The notes beneath the pieces are model-generated. The model was given only the letters and a program-made list of their open reading frames with translations. It had not been told where the DNA came from and ran no database searches. Position numbers and translations under genes: made by a program. A stretch of DNA of 29,929 nucleotides from positions 1-29,929 of the forward strand of contig DXJO01000029.1 in assembly GCA_019057475.1 (NCBI GenBank), read 5' to 3'. The DNA is from Candidatus Thorarchaeota archaeon. GTDB lineage: Archaea > Asgardarchaeota > Thorarchaeia > Thorarchaeales > Thorarchaeaceae. Shown piece after piece: positions 21,195 through 29,722 of the stretch; within the stretch, counting starts at the first letter, position 1; each line of letters begins with the position of its first letter.

Positions 21195-22933
21195 AACTCC
21201 CTTGGCCTGAAGCAGGTCGGGAATTTATATGTCCGAGGAGAAAATTCGTGGGTCGCTCTAGTGGCGTAATGATAACCGCAAAGGTCCCTGTCAGATGGGA
21301 TGTGTTGACTGCTAGGCAGAAGACACGCCTGTCTAGGATTACAAGCAGAGACACGCGAGTCATCAAGGCCTATCTTGGAGTGATTGAAAAGCATGAGAAG
21401 AATCTGCTCGTCGGAAAGAGAAAGAAGCGACTAAATGCTGGTACAATTGACGAACTGACTCTGAGAACCAAGAACCGGTCATCAGTGCCGCACGACTTCA
21501 AACGACGATTCAGCAACATCTCTGTCAACGAACTGCAAGAATGTCGAGACACAGCTATGGCCATGTGGCAGGTGTACCTTGCCCTAGGTAGAGGAAAGCC
21601 ACTAAGAGCCAAGGGCTACTGTTCTCGGAAGCTGCCTCGACATGTGTTCAAGCAGAGGTTCAAATTCCTCTATACTCCTAACAAGTCTATCAAGCATTGG
21701 CTAGTTATTCGTGACTCCCTAGACTCAGTAAGAGAGGGACGGGTCAGACACGACAAGCTGTCGATACCTTTGAATCCGTCCTCGTATCATCTGAACCGAT
21801 TGAAGTCGGGTGAGATCAAGTCTATACAGATTGTCAAGGACCACAGCAAGAAATGGTGGGTCTTGTTCAAGGTGAAGCTGAAACCTGAGCCCGTCGACAC
21901 GACCTCGAAGCCACCTGCGGTAATCGGAATTGACCTCGGCATCAAGAAGGCGGTATGTTCTGTCGTTCTTACACAGAAGGGTATGAAACACATCCAATTC
22001 TGGACCCAGAAGGATAAGGCTCGGCAGATTGAGCAATACGACCAGATGATTGCCAGTCTACAATCCAAGAAAGAGGATCTCCTGAAGCAGGGATGTTCAG
22101 CTGATGATGTCACTCAACGACTTCGACAATTGAGTTCGAAACGAGAGAACATCAGCTTCGACTATGACAGAAAACTAGTCAAACTGCTGAGCGAACACGT
22201 TCTGGAGTTATCTGACAAGTATGATGTCCATGTTGCTATTGGCCGACTCAAAGGAATTCGCAATCGGGCTAGAAGGGGAAACTACAGGGGTCCTAAGTTC
22301 CGCGGAATGATTCACAGATGGGCATTCGCTAGAATTACAGACTCGTTGAAACACAAGCTTAGCATGAATGGTTTCAGTCCCAAAAGAGTATTTGCAGTAC
22401 CTGAGGCTTGGACTAGCATCAAGTGCCATAAGTGTGGACACAAGGGCATCCGCCCCAAGCAGAGCTTCTTTCTCTGTCACACTTGCGGCTATCGTGACAA
22501 CGCCGACAAGAATGCCGCCATCAACATAGGAAGGCGGCTCATCATGCTCATTCCTTCACTGAAGGATGAGAAAGGACTAGGGATGTGGCTCCTCTCTCAC
22601 GAGAAAGCCGCCCCGAAGACCCGGAGGAGCAAACGCTCTAAACGGATGTCCTCACTCCCCAAGAGGTTGCCAATCTCGTCTGAGGGGAAGTCCGTGGCTG
22701 ACTGCATTCAGACATCTCTCGGGATGTTCAGCAGTACCGACCCCGCCATGGCAACAACCATGGAAACACCGTCTGCCGCTATGGATTCTGGCCCCCATAG
22801 CACAACAAGGCAGCGGACAGAGACTATGTCTGGGATGAGGAACTCTGTTCCAATGATGCCCAGCGAAACTCTTGCACAGCCAGCAGAAGAGGTTCTGTTG
22901 GTTGCTGGTGACAGCAGTCATGAGGAGGGCTGA
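21191..22933 (+). CDS. tnpB: TnpB/Cas12f-family RNA-guided endonuclease with rearranged RuvC-II; likely start GTG 21248 or ATG 21269
   Basis: RuvC-I GID248LG, canonical Glu position is Gly (AIG351RL), alternative E405 in VPEAWTS, Zn finger CHKC/CHTC, RuvC-III NAD439KNAAINI. GAGGAG SD before 21248. Confidence 0.9.
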   Translation: MKLPWPEAGREFICPRRKFVGRSSGVMITAKVPVRWDVLTARQKTRLSRITSRDTRVIKAYLGVIEKHEKNLLVGKRKKRLNAGTIDELTLRTKNRSSVPHDFKRRFSNISVNELQECRDTAMAMWQVYLALGRGKPLRAKGYCSRKLPRHVFKQRFKFLYTPNKSIKHWLVIRDSLDSVREGRVRHDKLSIPLNPSSYHLNRLKSGEIKSIQIVKDHSKKWWVLFKVKLKPEPVDTTSKPPAVIGIDLGIKKAVCSVVLTQKGMKHIQFWTQKDKARQIEQYDQMIASLQSKKEDLLKQGCSADDVTQRLRQLSSKRENISFDYDRKLVKLLSEHVLELSDKYDVHVAIGRLKGIRNRARRGNYRGPKFRGMIHRWAFARITDSLKHKLSMNGFSPKRVFAVPEAWTSIKCHKCGHKGIRPKQSFFLCHTCGYRDNADKNAAINIGRRLIMLIPSLKDEKGLGMWLLSHEKAAPKTRRSKRSKRMSSLPKRLPISSEGKSVADCIQTSLGMFSSTDPAMATTMETPSAAMDSGPHSTTRQRTETMSGMRNSVPMMPSETLAQPAEEVLLVAGDSSHEEG

Positions 22934-23041
22934 ACATGGAAGTTGAAGGTAGAGTGGAGTTTCACTCACACTATCAGCAACGGTCGGACGTCCCTGCTTC
23001 TTGCACACACCGCCTCAGGCAGGTCAGGCCTTGTTACGACT
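22934..23041 (+). ncRNA. putative 3' end of the omega-RNA with 16S-derived guide segment(s)
   Basis: 22988-23014 is identical to the spliced 16S. 23029-23041 is complementary to 16S 15484-15496. Position matches the TnpB guide location. The 5' boundary probably lies inside tnpB. Confidence 0.65.
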
Positions 23042-23184
23042 CTACAATCTTTGAACCTGGAGGAGTTGTGCAGGTTACATATCCGGAAGGAACCAGCTGG
23101 GGACCACCTCTTCTGTTTGTATTCACGGAAACCGAAACACAAAACTAGAAACAAAAGGAACCCAATCAAGGGAGAAGACAGGAT

Positions 23185-24201
23185 ATGAATCGTAAAGAGA
23201 GAATGAACCTTATCAAAGCACTTGAAGAGAATAGAGGATCAAGAGTGTTAGTTTACATGACAGGCGATCGTCGAGGCCTGGAAACCAAGATTGCCATGGA
23301 TATCTTTCCTATGTTTCATGAACACCTCACTCAGATCGGCAAACAGGATAAAATCGACCTTGTCCTCTATAGTTCTGGAGGCTTGACAATTGCAGGGTAT
23401 GCCCTTGTAAACCTGATTCGGGAGTTCTGCGAGAATTTCAATGTTGTTATCCCATTCAAGGCTCTCAGCACAGCTACAATCATCGCTCTGGGAGCGAATG
23501 AAATACTAATGACCCCGATGGGACAGCTTAGCCCCATTGATCCATCTGTAGAACATCCATTGGGGCCTATTGTTCAAATTCCCGGTCAAGCCCGGGGTGG
23601 AATAGCTCCTGTAAATGTCGAAGATGTAAGTGCTTTCATCGACTTGGCAAGAAAGGAGATTGAGCTGAAGGAAGAGGAATCCCTGAAGAGAGTATTCGAG
23701 CTCTTGGCTGAGAAGATACATCCATTGGTCCTAGGTGCAGTTCATAGGTCACGAGAACAGATTGGTTTCTTGGCTTCAAACCTGATGAAGTACCATTGCA
23801 GTGACGAGAAACAAATAGAGAGCATAGTCAGCGTTCTAACAAGAGAACGATTCTCGCATAGCTATATCATAAGTCGTCGGGAGGCGAAGGAGAGTCTGCA
23901 CCTGAACATAGTCGAACCTGATGATAAACAGACTGGAATCATCGTTGATTTGTTCAACGCATATGAACAGATTCTACAGTTGAGTGTTCCTTATCACCCC
24001 GAAACAACATTAGGTGATCAAAAAGTTGGTTCTGCTATCTTCAACAGGGGCATCATAGAATCAGTTGATATGACACATGTATTCCGCACCAACAAAGAGA
24101 TAAGAAGAGCGGAGATAAGACAACCAGGAATCCCAGTTCCTGTATTTGGCTACCAAGAGCGTATCCTTCAGGAAGGATGGCTTGTAGACAATAACCTGTG
24201 A
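23185..24201 (+). CDS. SDH/ClpP-class serine protease-like protein
   Basis: IDLVLYSSGG, PFKALSTATIIALGANEILM...QLSPIDP, FSHSYIISRREAK. Confidence 0.85.
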   Translation: MNRKERMNLIKALEENRGSRVLVYMTGDRRGLETKIAMDIFPMFHEHLTQIGKQDKIDLVLYSSGGLTIAGYALVNLIREFCENFNVVIPFKALSTATIIALGANEILMTPMGQLSPIDPSVEHPLGPIVQIPGQARGGIAPVNVEDVSAFIDLARKEIELKEEESLKRVFELLAEKIHPLVLGAVHRSREQIGFLASNLMKYHCSDEKQIESIVSVLTRERFSHSYIISRREAKESLHLNIVEPDDKQTGIIVDLFNAYEQILQLSVPYHPETTLGDQKVGSAIFNRGIIESVDMTHVFRTNKEIRRAEIRQPGIPVPVFGYQERILQEGWLVDNNL

Positions 24202-24202
24202 G

Positions 24203-24412
24203 GTGTATTATCTGATGACTGAAGAAGAAAAGGGCCTTCCCGTCATCACTACTTCTGGTACTAGCGGTCTTACCTCCATCCTGCAGTTTACTGAAGACAC
24301 CCCGAATGAGGTATTTGCAATAATACATAGCACATCCGGAACTGAAACAGTCCTAATTGTCAAAGCCCCTGTCGAGGAAGAGGGTCCAACTGAAGAGGCC
24401 AAAGAGGAGTAG
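24203..24412 (+). CDS. small acidic protein coupled to the SDH protease gene
   Basis: 69-aa ORF directly after the stop codon, GAGGTG SD, internally repeated T(T/S)SGT motif. Confidence 0.5.
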   Translation: MYYLMTEEEKGLPVITTSGTSGLTSILQFTEDTPNEVFAIIHSTSGTETVLIVKAPVEEEGPTEEAKEE

Positions 24413-24428
24413 TATTCCCTCCAATCGT

Positions 24429-24468
24429 GCCATCAGGAGTTTGCCCGCCGCTCACTGCTGAACACCCT
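24429..24468 (+). repeat. decayed partial copy of the 16S trailer repeat
   Basis: gccatcaggagtttgccc...cactgctgaacaccct aligns to 15636-15676. Confidence 0.75.
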
Positions 24469-24594
24469 ATCTTTCTATGAACCTGCGGCAGTATTCAGTG
24501 CGAGTGGCAACTGGATTCCAAGACCATCTGGCTATTCACAACTTCAGAATGATTCATCAATGAGAGTCGACATTATTGCTATGAGCGACCCCAC

Positions 24595-25470
24595 ATGATT
24601 TCAGAGTTTCAACACTTGTTTGTTGCGCCAGGGAACTATCGCGAGCTGTCCTATGAAGGAACTCGTACACAGGAGGATAACTGGCTAGAGGGACAGCTCT
24701 TCACCAAGGGGCACGACGATTTATTTCTAGTTCACAACGGAATACCCGACTTCACAGATGTGTCCAAGACAACATGGAGTGGTGGTGGGGTTGAGGTTAC
24801 TCCCACTATTGACTGGATTGAACGAAACTGGCTAGACCATCAGGAGAAGATGAGAGAACATGAAGATCATGATTACTATTCATTCGCACGTAGAATTGCT
24901 CATGATGGCGGACTTGTTCTTGATGTAGCTAGTGGTCCAGGAGGCGGTGCAATGCCAGCAATACTATTCTTTGACTCTGACGCGAAGGTTCTCATGAGTG
25001 ACCTTGGACCCTCCGTGCTTGACCTGTGGCGCCAGCATCTTGAGAGGACTCGCGAGGGCAGGAACGTGTCCTTTGTTGGAATGGACGCCACTGAGATGCC
25101 ATTAAGGCGTAATAGATTCGACTATGTTGTGGACTCCGGAGGGTTTGGCAACATCTCTCACACCGACAAAGCCCTTCAAGAGGCCCATAGAGTTCTAAAA
25201 CCCGGTGGCACGCTCTATCTGAACGACTCAATCACTGAGGGGCTTGACCAGTTCCCTCCTGAAGTCTACAGAACGCTTGTCGAGGCGAGTCCACAAGATC
25301 AGCATGGTTGGGAGCATGTCATAAGAGATGTTGGTTTCTCAATCGTAAGCACGAAGACTTGGTCCAGAAGACAGCTAGAATACGAGGAGAGCGACCTTGG
25401 TGCATTGGCCAAAGAACATGGAGTGAAGATTTGGTTTCTAGGTCTGTCTATCATTGCAGTCAAGTCATAA
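24595..25470 (+). CDS. class I SAM-dependent methyltransferase with Trm112-like N-terminal remnant
   Basis: VLDVASGPGG, DATEMPL...FDYVV, HRVLKPGG. N-terminal EGQL...FLVHNGIPDF. Confidence 0.85.
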   Translation: MISEFQHLFVAPGNYRELSYEGTRTQEDNWLEGQLFTKGHDDLFLVHNGIPDFTDVSKTTWSGGGVEVTPTIDWIERNWLDHQEKMREHEDHDYYSFARRIAHDGGLVLDVASGPGGGAMPAILFFDSDAKVLMSDLGPSVLDLWRQHLERTREGRNVSFVGMDATEMPLRRNRFDYVVDSGGFGNISHTDKALQEAHRVLKPGGTLYLNDSITEGLDQFPPEVYRTLVEASPQDQHGWEHVIRDVGFSIVSTKTWSRRQLEYEESDLGALAKEHGVKIWFLGLSIIAVKS

Positions 25471-25480
25471 TAGTTAGGCC

Positions 25481-25626
25481 TCATAGATGATGAAACGCTT
25501 GGCTCTGTCTTCGGACAGGGTAAGGTGCAGGCTAAGACGGGGTAGCGGTGCAATCGTCAGGTTGCCCCGACGCCATCGGGAGTTTACCCTTCTGTCATCT
25601 GCTGAGCACCCTTTTCATTTTGCAAC
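25481..25626 (+). repeat. 16S 3' trailer repeat copy 2
   Basis: Near-identical to 15544-15690, with a cUUCGg loop. Confidence 0.93.
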
Positions 25627-27572
25627 GTTTTTTCAAAAAGAAACCACATTCGATAGCAAGATTTTTCATCAAGCGAACTACCAAACAGATTTGCGCTGGG
25701 TTATGGAGGAATATCATTCTGCTATCTATTTACGAACGTTTGAAGATTGCATTTGAAGCGTCGGCTTTTGATACAAGGCCATTGGACTTTTCAAAGAAAG
25801 ATGATTTCTTTCTCTTGCAAACACTTGATGAAATTGAAGGCAACTCACTGCTAAGAAGCTCTCTTACTGACCCATTGAAACAAGAAACTCTGCTTCCTGG
25901 CAGTTCCAAATTCTACGGCCAACTTGCTGTTCTCTCGCCTGATGAAAGGCAAATACTGACTGCAATAGATCCTGACGGTTCTGAACTATTGCACCTGTGT
26001 CTACTTGACACCTTACCAAGTGTCAAGGAAACAGAGGACATGCAAGGAAGGATATTCACGGAAATTAAACCGCATCGAATCCTCTGGTTTAGTTGGTCCC
26101 CTGATGGAAAGAATATCCTCTACGCAGGTTCACGCGAAAAGAACTGCCACGTTTCAAGGATAGCCAATGATGTAAAGGCCACGCCAGAAGTAGTTCTAGA
26201 CGATATTCATGGTGTGTTGTGGTCCGAGTGGGGTCATCCTAAGTTTGCCTTTGTTCAAGGTGCTCGCCCGGGTGGAATGCGGGACGGGCTATTGACAGTA
26301 TTCAATCCAACAAGTGCAGAAGTTCTATCCGAGATATCCACACTGATATCTTTCTGGTTTTTCCAAAAATGGAATCCGGAAAGACCTCTTGTTCCCTTGC
26401 TTCAACCGTCAGGGGATTTTGGAAAGCTATCACTATACAATGCTGAGAGTGGAGAGTTAAGAGAAATTCCACAACCTGACGGAGAGATTGCGCAATGCAT
26501 TTGGAGCCAAGACGGAGAAAAACTCTTTCAACGATCAATGAGAGAAGGCCGATCGGTAGTTCATGAAATCAATATCGATGAGAATTCATTACGAATGCTT
26601 GACTTACCAGTAGGTACCAACACGCCATACTATGCACGAGAGTGGAACGGCAAACAAACCCTTTTCTTTGCGCATTCCGATGCTGTAGCGGCGAATGAGC
26701 TTTGGGTTCATAATCTTGAAACGGGTCTGAATGAGAAATTAACCCAATGGCGTTCAGCGGCTATCGGCACGGAAGATTTCCCTGTGGTTGAATCAAAATC
26801 AATTACTTACAAGTCCTTGTTTGATGGGACTACTATACATGGATTCTTGTTTCTTCCTTCCGAGTCACCACCTCCAGGAGGTTATCCTTGCCTAGCATAC
26901 ATCCATGGGGGTCCAATGTACCATTACTCAGATGAGTTCAATGGGATTTTTCAAGTTTTTACACAGGAAGGGTTTGCGATATTCGCACCAAACTTCAGAG
27001 GCTCAACAGGCTACGGACCGGCATTCATGAAATCTCTTTTCCAAGAGGCTGGGCGAGCAGATCTGCAGGATGTTAGTTCTGGAGTCGATCATGTTGTCGA
27101 GAATTTTGATATCAACCCCAAGAGAGTGGGTATTACTGGTGCATCTTATGGTGGTTTCATGACTTTAGCTGCACTAGCATTCCAGCCAGAGAGATGGGTT
27201 GCTGGATATGCTTCAGTTCCAGTCGCTGATTGGACATATATGGCGGACCATGGTGATGCGATATACAAGGAATTTATCGAGTACATGTGGGGTGACGTTG
27301 AGAAGAATCGACCTCTAATGTTGGAACGGTCGCCGATAAGCAAGGTTGATGATGTAAGAGCTCCACTAGGGATAAGTCAAGGTGCAAATGATAGTCGAAC
27401 ACCGTTTCCTCCAGTATTGGAGTTCGCTAATCGGCTTTATGCTCGTAGCCATACTCTCGAGCTTCATATCACGCCTGACTCCGGTCATCTTACTATTCGG
27501 AAAGATGAAATAATAAGGGACTATGCTGGTCGGGTGGCCTTCCTTAAAACCCACCTCACTTCTAAGGAATAG
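25548..27572 (+). CDS. S9 family peptidase (acylaminoacyl/prolyl oligopeptidase); true start probably about 25716-25740
   Basis: Beta-propeller WSPDG repeats, HGGP, NFRGSTGYG, GASYGG nucleophile, GANDSR, SGH triad. The first ~55 codons run through the repeat. GGAGG at 25705. Confidence 0.9.
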   Translation: MQSSGCPDAIGSLPFCHLLSTLFILQRFFKKKPHSIARFFIKRTTKQICAGLWRNIILLSIYERLKIAFEASAFDTRPLDFSKKDDFFLLQTLDEIEGNSLLRSSLTDPLKQETLLPGSSKFYGQLAVLSPDERQILTAIDPDGSELLHLCLLDTLPSVKETEDMQGRIFTEIKPHRILWFSWSPDGKNILYAGSREKNCHVSRIANDVKATPEVVLDDIHGVLWSEWGHPKFAFVQGARPGGMRDGLLTVFNPTSAEVLSEISTLISFWFFQKWNPERPLVPLLQPSGDFGKLSLYNAESGELREIPQPDGEIAQCIWSQDGEKLFQRSMREGRSVVHEINIDENSLRMLDLPVGTNTPYYAREWNGKQTLFFAHSDAVAANELWVHNLETGLNEKLTQWRSAAIGTEDFPVVESKSITYKSLFDGTTIHGFLFLPSESPPPGGYPCLAYIHGGPMYHYSDEFNGIFQVFTQEGFAIFAPNFRGSTGYGPAFMKSLFQEAGRADLQDVSSGVDHVVENFDINPKRVGITGASYGGFMTLAALAFQPERWVAGYASVPVADWTYMADHGDAIYKEFIEYMWGDVEKNRPLMLERSPISKVDDVRAPLGISQGANDSRTPFPPVLEFANRLYARSHTLELHITPDSGHLTIRKDEIIRDYAGRVAFLKTHLTSKE

Positions 27573-27616
27573 TGACCGTTCACTCGGAGAAATTTCCCGA
27601 TTATGAAGGAAAATTT

Positions 27617-27740
27617 GCTCTGTCTTCGAACGGGGTAAGGTGCAGGCTAAGACGGGGAAGCGGTGCAACTGTTCAGGTTGCCCCGACGCCATCGGGAGCT
27701 TACCTTTCTGCCCATTGCTGAGCACCCTTTTCATTTTGCA
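27617..27740 (+). repeat. 16S 3' trailer repeat copy 3
   Basis: Near-identical to about 15565-15688. Confidence 0.93.
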
Positions 27741-27760
27741 GATGTTTCCTAGCAGAGTTC

Positions 27761-28096
27761 GTGATGATTCTACAAGTTTATATTATCAAGAGGTTACCAA
27801 GTAACTGGGTGTTATCAGTGTCCACGGTGAAGTTTGACCTTCAAGATGACCTTGAAGAACTGCGGGCGCGTCTATACCTTGACACGGGGAAGCGGCTTAC
27901 CAAGAAGGAGATTCTAGAGCTGGTGTTCAGGATTGGACTACAGAACTATGACCTCATTGTCAAAAATGTACGATCTGAAGAACAGCCTCTTGGTGATGAA
28001 ACCATCCAGAAAGTCCTCTCCATGGCTGAAGACTTGGGGCCAGGAAGTGAAGATCTCTCGTCCAAGGTGGATGAAGTTGTTTATGGTGGCAGCTGA
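27761..28096 (+). CDS. putative antitoxin (VapB-like); likely start GTG 27818
   Basis: Small ORF with an acidic C-terminus ending ...DEVVYG, 2 nt upstream of the PIN gene. Confidence 0.7.
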   Translation: MMILQVYIIKRLPSNWVLSVSTVKFDLQDDLEELRARLYLDTGKRLTKKEILELVFRIGLQNYDLIVKNVRSEEQPLGDETIQKVLSMAEDLGPGSEDLSSKVDEVVYGGS

Positions 28097-28098
28097 AC

Positions 28099-28515
28099 AT
28101 GACTGTGCTCATAGACAGCAACATCATTATTTCACTGCTTAACTTCCGCGACAAGAACCACTCCAGAGCAGAAGACCTGCTCACAGAACTAAAGAAACCA
28201 GAGTATGGAATGAGAGTCACCACCGACTATGTCTTGGACGAAGTATTGACCACACTCTGGATGCACACTCATCGAAAGGACATTGTTGTCAAGGCGTACA
28301 ATCTGGTTTGTCATGCTCCCGAGTTCATCAGGTTCGAACACACAACTCCAGAAGTTCTAGATTTAGCATGGACGAAATGGGAACAATTGGCGAAATGGCC
28401 GGAGAAACCCTTGAGTTTCACGGATTGCTGCATTCTCTCGTTCATGGATAAGAATGTAGTCGGATACTTGGCTACATTCGACTCAGACTTTGATGGCCTA
28501 GCCAATCTCGTATAG
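28099..28515 (+). CDS. vapC: PIN-domain toxin (VapC family)
   Basis: VLIDSN, VLDEV, LSFTDC, LATFDSDF. Confidence 0.9.
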   Translation: MTVLIDSNIIISLLNFRDKNHSRAEDLLTELKKPEYGMRVTTDYVLDEVLTTLWMHTHRKDIVVKAYNLVCHAPEFIRFEHTTPEVLDLAWTKWEQLAKWPEKPLSFTDCCILSFMDKNVVGYLATFDSDFDGLANLV

Positions 28516-28526
28516 GGCCATGGTTG

Positions 28527-28667
28527 AGATGATAAGATGCTTGGCTCTGTTTTCGGACAGGGTAAGGTGCAGGCTAAGACGGGGTAGCGGTGCGACTGTT
28601 CAGGTTGCCCCGACGCCATCGGGAGTTTACCCTTCTGCCCACTGCTGAGCACCCTTTCATTTTGCAA
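28527..28667 (+). repeat. 16S 3' trailer repeat copy 4
   Basis: Near-identical to copy 1 over about 28539-28667. Confidence 0.93.
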
Positions 28668-29523
28668 TTTTGATTTTCTTTTTCTGGATTAGCTCACTTA
28701 CAATCGCCCAGAAATAAGATGGGTTCTCTGTATGAAGCCCATGTCCCGCATTAGGTATGAAGAGAAGCGGGAGCTGTGCATCTCTCACAAGCTTCTCAGA
28801 TGAGTAAACACCCCTATTATTCTCTCCGAAGATGAAATAACAAGGAAAATCACGATGTGCTAGCAGTCTGTTCAGTAAGTTTCCCTTTACAGAAAGCGGT
28901 GCCAAGTCTTTGCTGGATGCCCATATAGTGAATGGCCCTGCTTCTCGAAACGCCGAAATATAATCAATCATGTACTCTTCTTCAGAATCACCTTGTATTT
29001 TACTACAAATTGATTCAAATTCTTGTTGGAATTCTGAGAAAGACATCTCAGCAAACATGGATGAAAAGAATGCATCACCTGCGTCAAGATTCCCCTCCAG
29101 ATACAGCAATAGCTTGGGTTTGGTAATAGGTACACTCTGATAATCTAAAAGTTCAATCAGCGAAACTGCTATTGCCCCTCCCATAGAGTGAGCCAGTAGA
29201 GAGAGTTGCTTGACATTTTCCTTCTCAAGTACAGCAACTAGGTACTTAGCCTGTTGATTCATGGTATATGCTTCAACTTTATCACTCTTGGATGAGTCCC
29301 CGTGACCTAATAGATCTGGAATAATCCATGAGAAACTATCCAGTGAATAGGTAGTGAAGTGTTTGAGAAACCATTTGCGATTGTCCCCTAATCCATGAAT
29401 ATAGAGATTCACTAGGGGTTGGGTTGGATTCATGTGAGAGTAATACACTATAGTTCCGAAGTCAGTTTCAAGACTCGTTGTTTTCAACCTCGTCATAATG
29501 CAATAATAATGACTTCTGTTCAA
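28657..29523 (-). CDS. alpha/beta hydrolase
   Basis: YIHGLG, PDLLGHGDS, AHSMGG nucleophile elbow, NAGH. Stop codon falls inside repeat copy 4. Confidence 0.9.
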   Translation of the reverse strand: MNRSHYYCIMTRLKTTSLETDFGTIVYYSHMNPTQPLVNLYIHGLGDNRKWFLKHFTTYSLDSFSWIIPDLLGHGDSSKSDKVEAYTMNQQAKYLVAVLEKENVKQLSLLAHSMGGAIAVSLIELLDYQSVPITKPKLLLYLEGNLDAGDAFFSSMFAEMSFSEFQQEFESICSKIQGDSEEEYMIDYISAFREAGPFTIWASSKDLAPLSVKGNLLNRLLAHRDFPCYFIFGENNRGVYSSEKLVRDAQLPLLFIPNAGHGLHTENPSYFWAIVSELIQKKKIKIAK

Positions 29524-29571
29524 TTGGCTTTTTCTCTCTCAGAAATAGAGGCTGAAGGGGTCGGCTGAACA

Positions 29572-29722
29572 GGGAACTTTCCCTAACTGTACATTGTTGA
29601 GCACCCTCTATTTCTCACAACTAGCATTCCCGATAGTCAGTATTGGCCCACGTTATGGCCAGAGATTAGAAGTTATTTCAGATGGCGCAGAATTTTTCTT
29701 CTGAGTCGTCGAGCTCCTGACA
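29572..29722 (+). repeat. decayed trailer copy plus remnant of the 3' end of the large nuclease gene
   Basis: Colinear with 15642-15794 and includes the 27-nt identity ttcttctgagtcgtcgagctcctgaca. Minus strand reads LSGARRLRRKILRHLK* versus LSGARRLRRRILRAM*. Confidence 0.85.

Noticed and set aside
21155-22990. tnpB unit as a currently spliced BHB intron
   Set aside because: I could not build a bulge-helix-bulge at the predicted junctions, and the unit is not inside an rRNA gene.
23052-23061. Third 16S match tgaacctgga (16S 15301-15310)
   Set aside because: Only 10 nt, within chance expectation, and it has no GRATA flank.
22936-23188. Short ORFs downstream of tnpB
   Set aside because: They overlap the guide region and have no coding signal, so the region is better explained as ncRNA or intergenic.
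15544-28667. Repeat interpreted as integron attC, CRISPR repeat, 5S rRNA or SRP RNA
   Set aside because: No RYYYAAC/GTTRRRY inverted cores and no intI. Spacing is gene-sized. No 5S or SRP motifs recognised. Complementarity to the 16S leader explains it.
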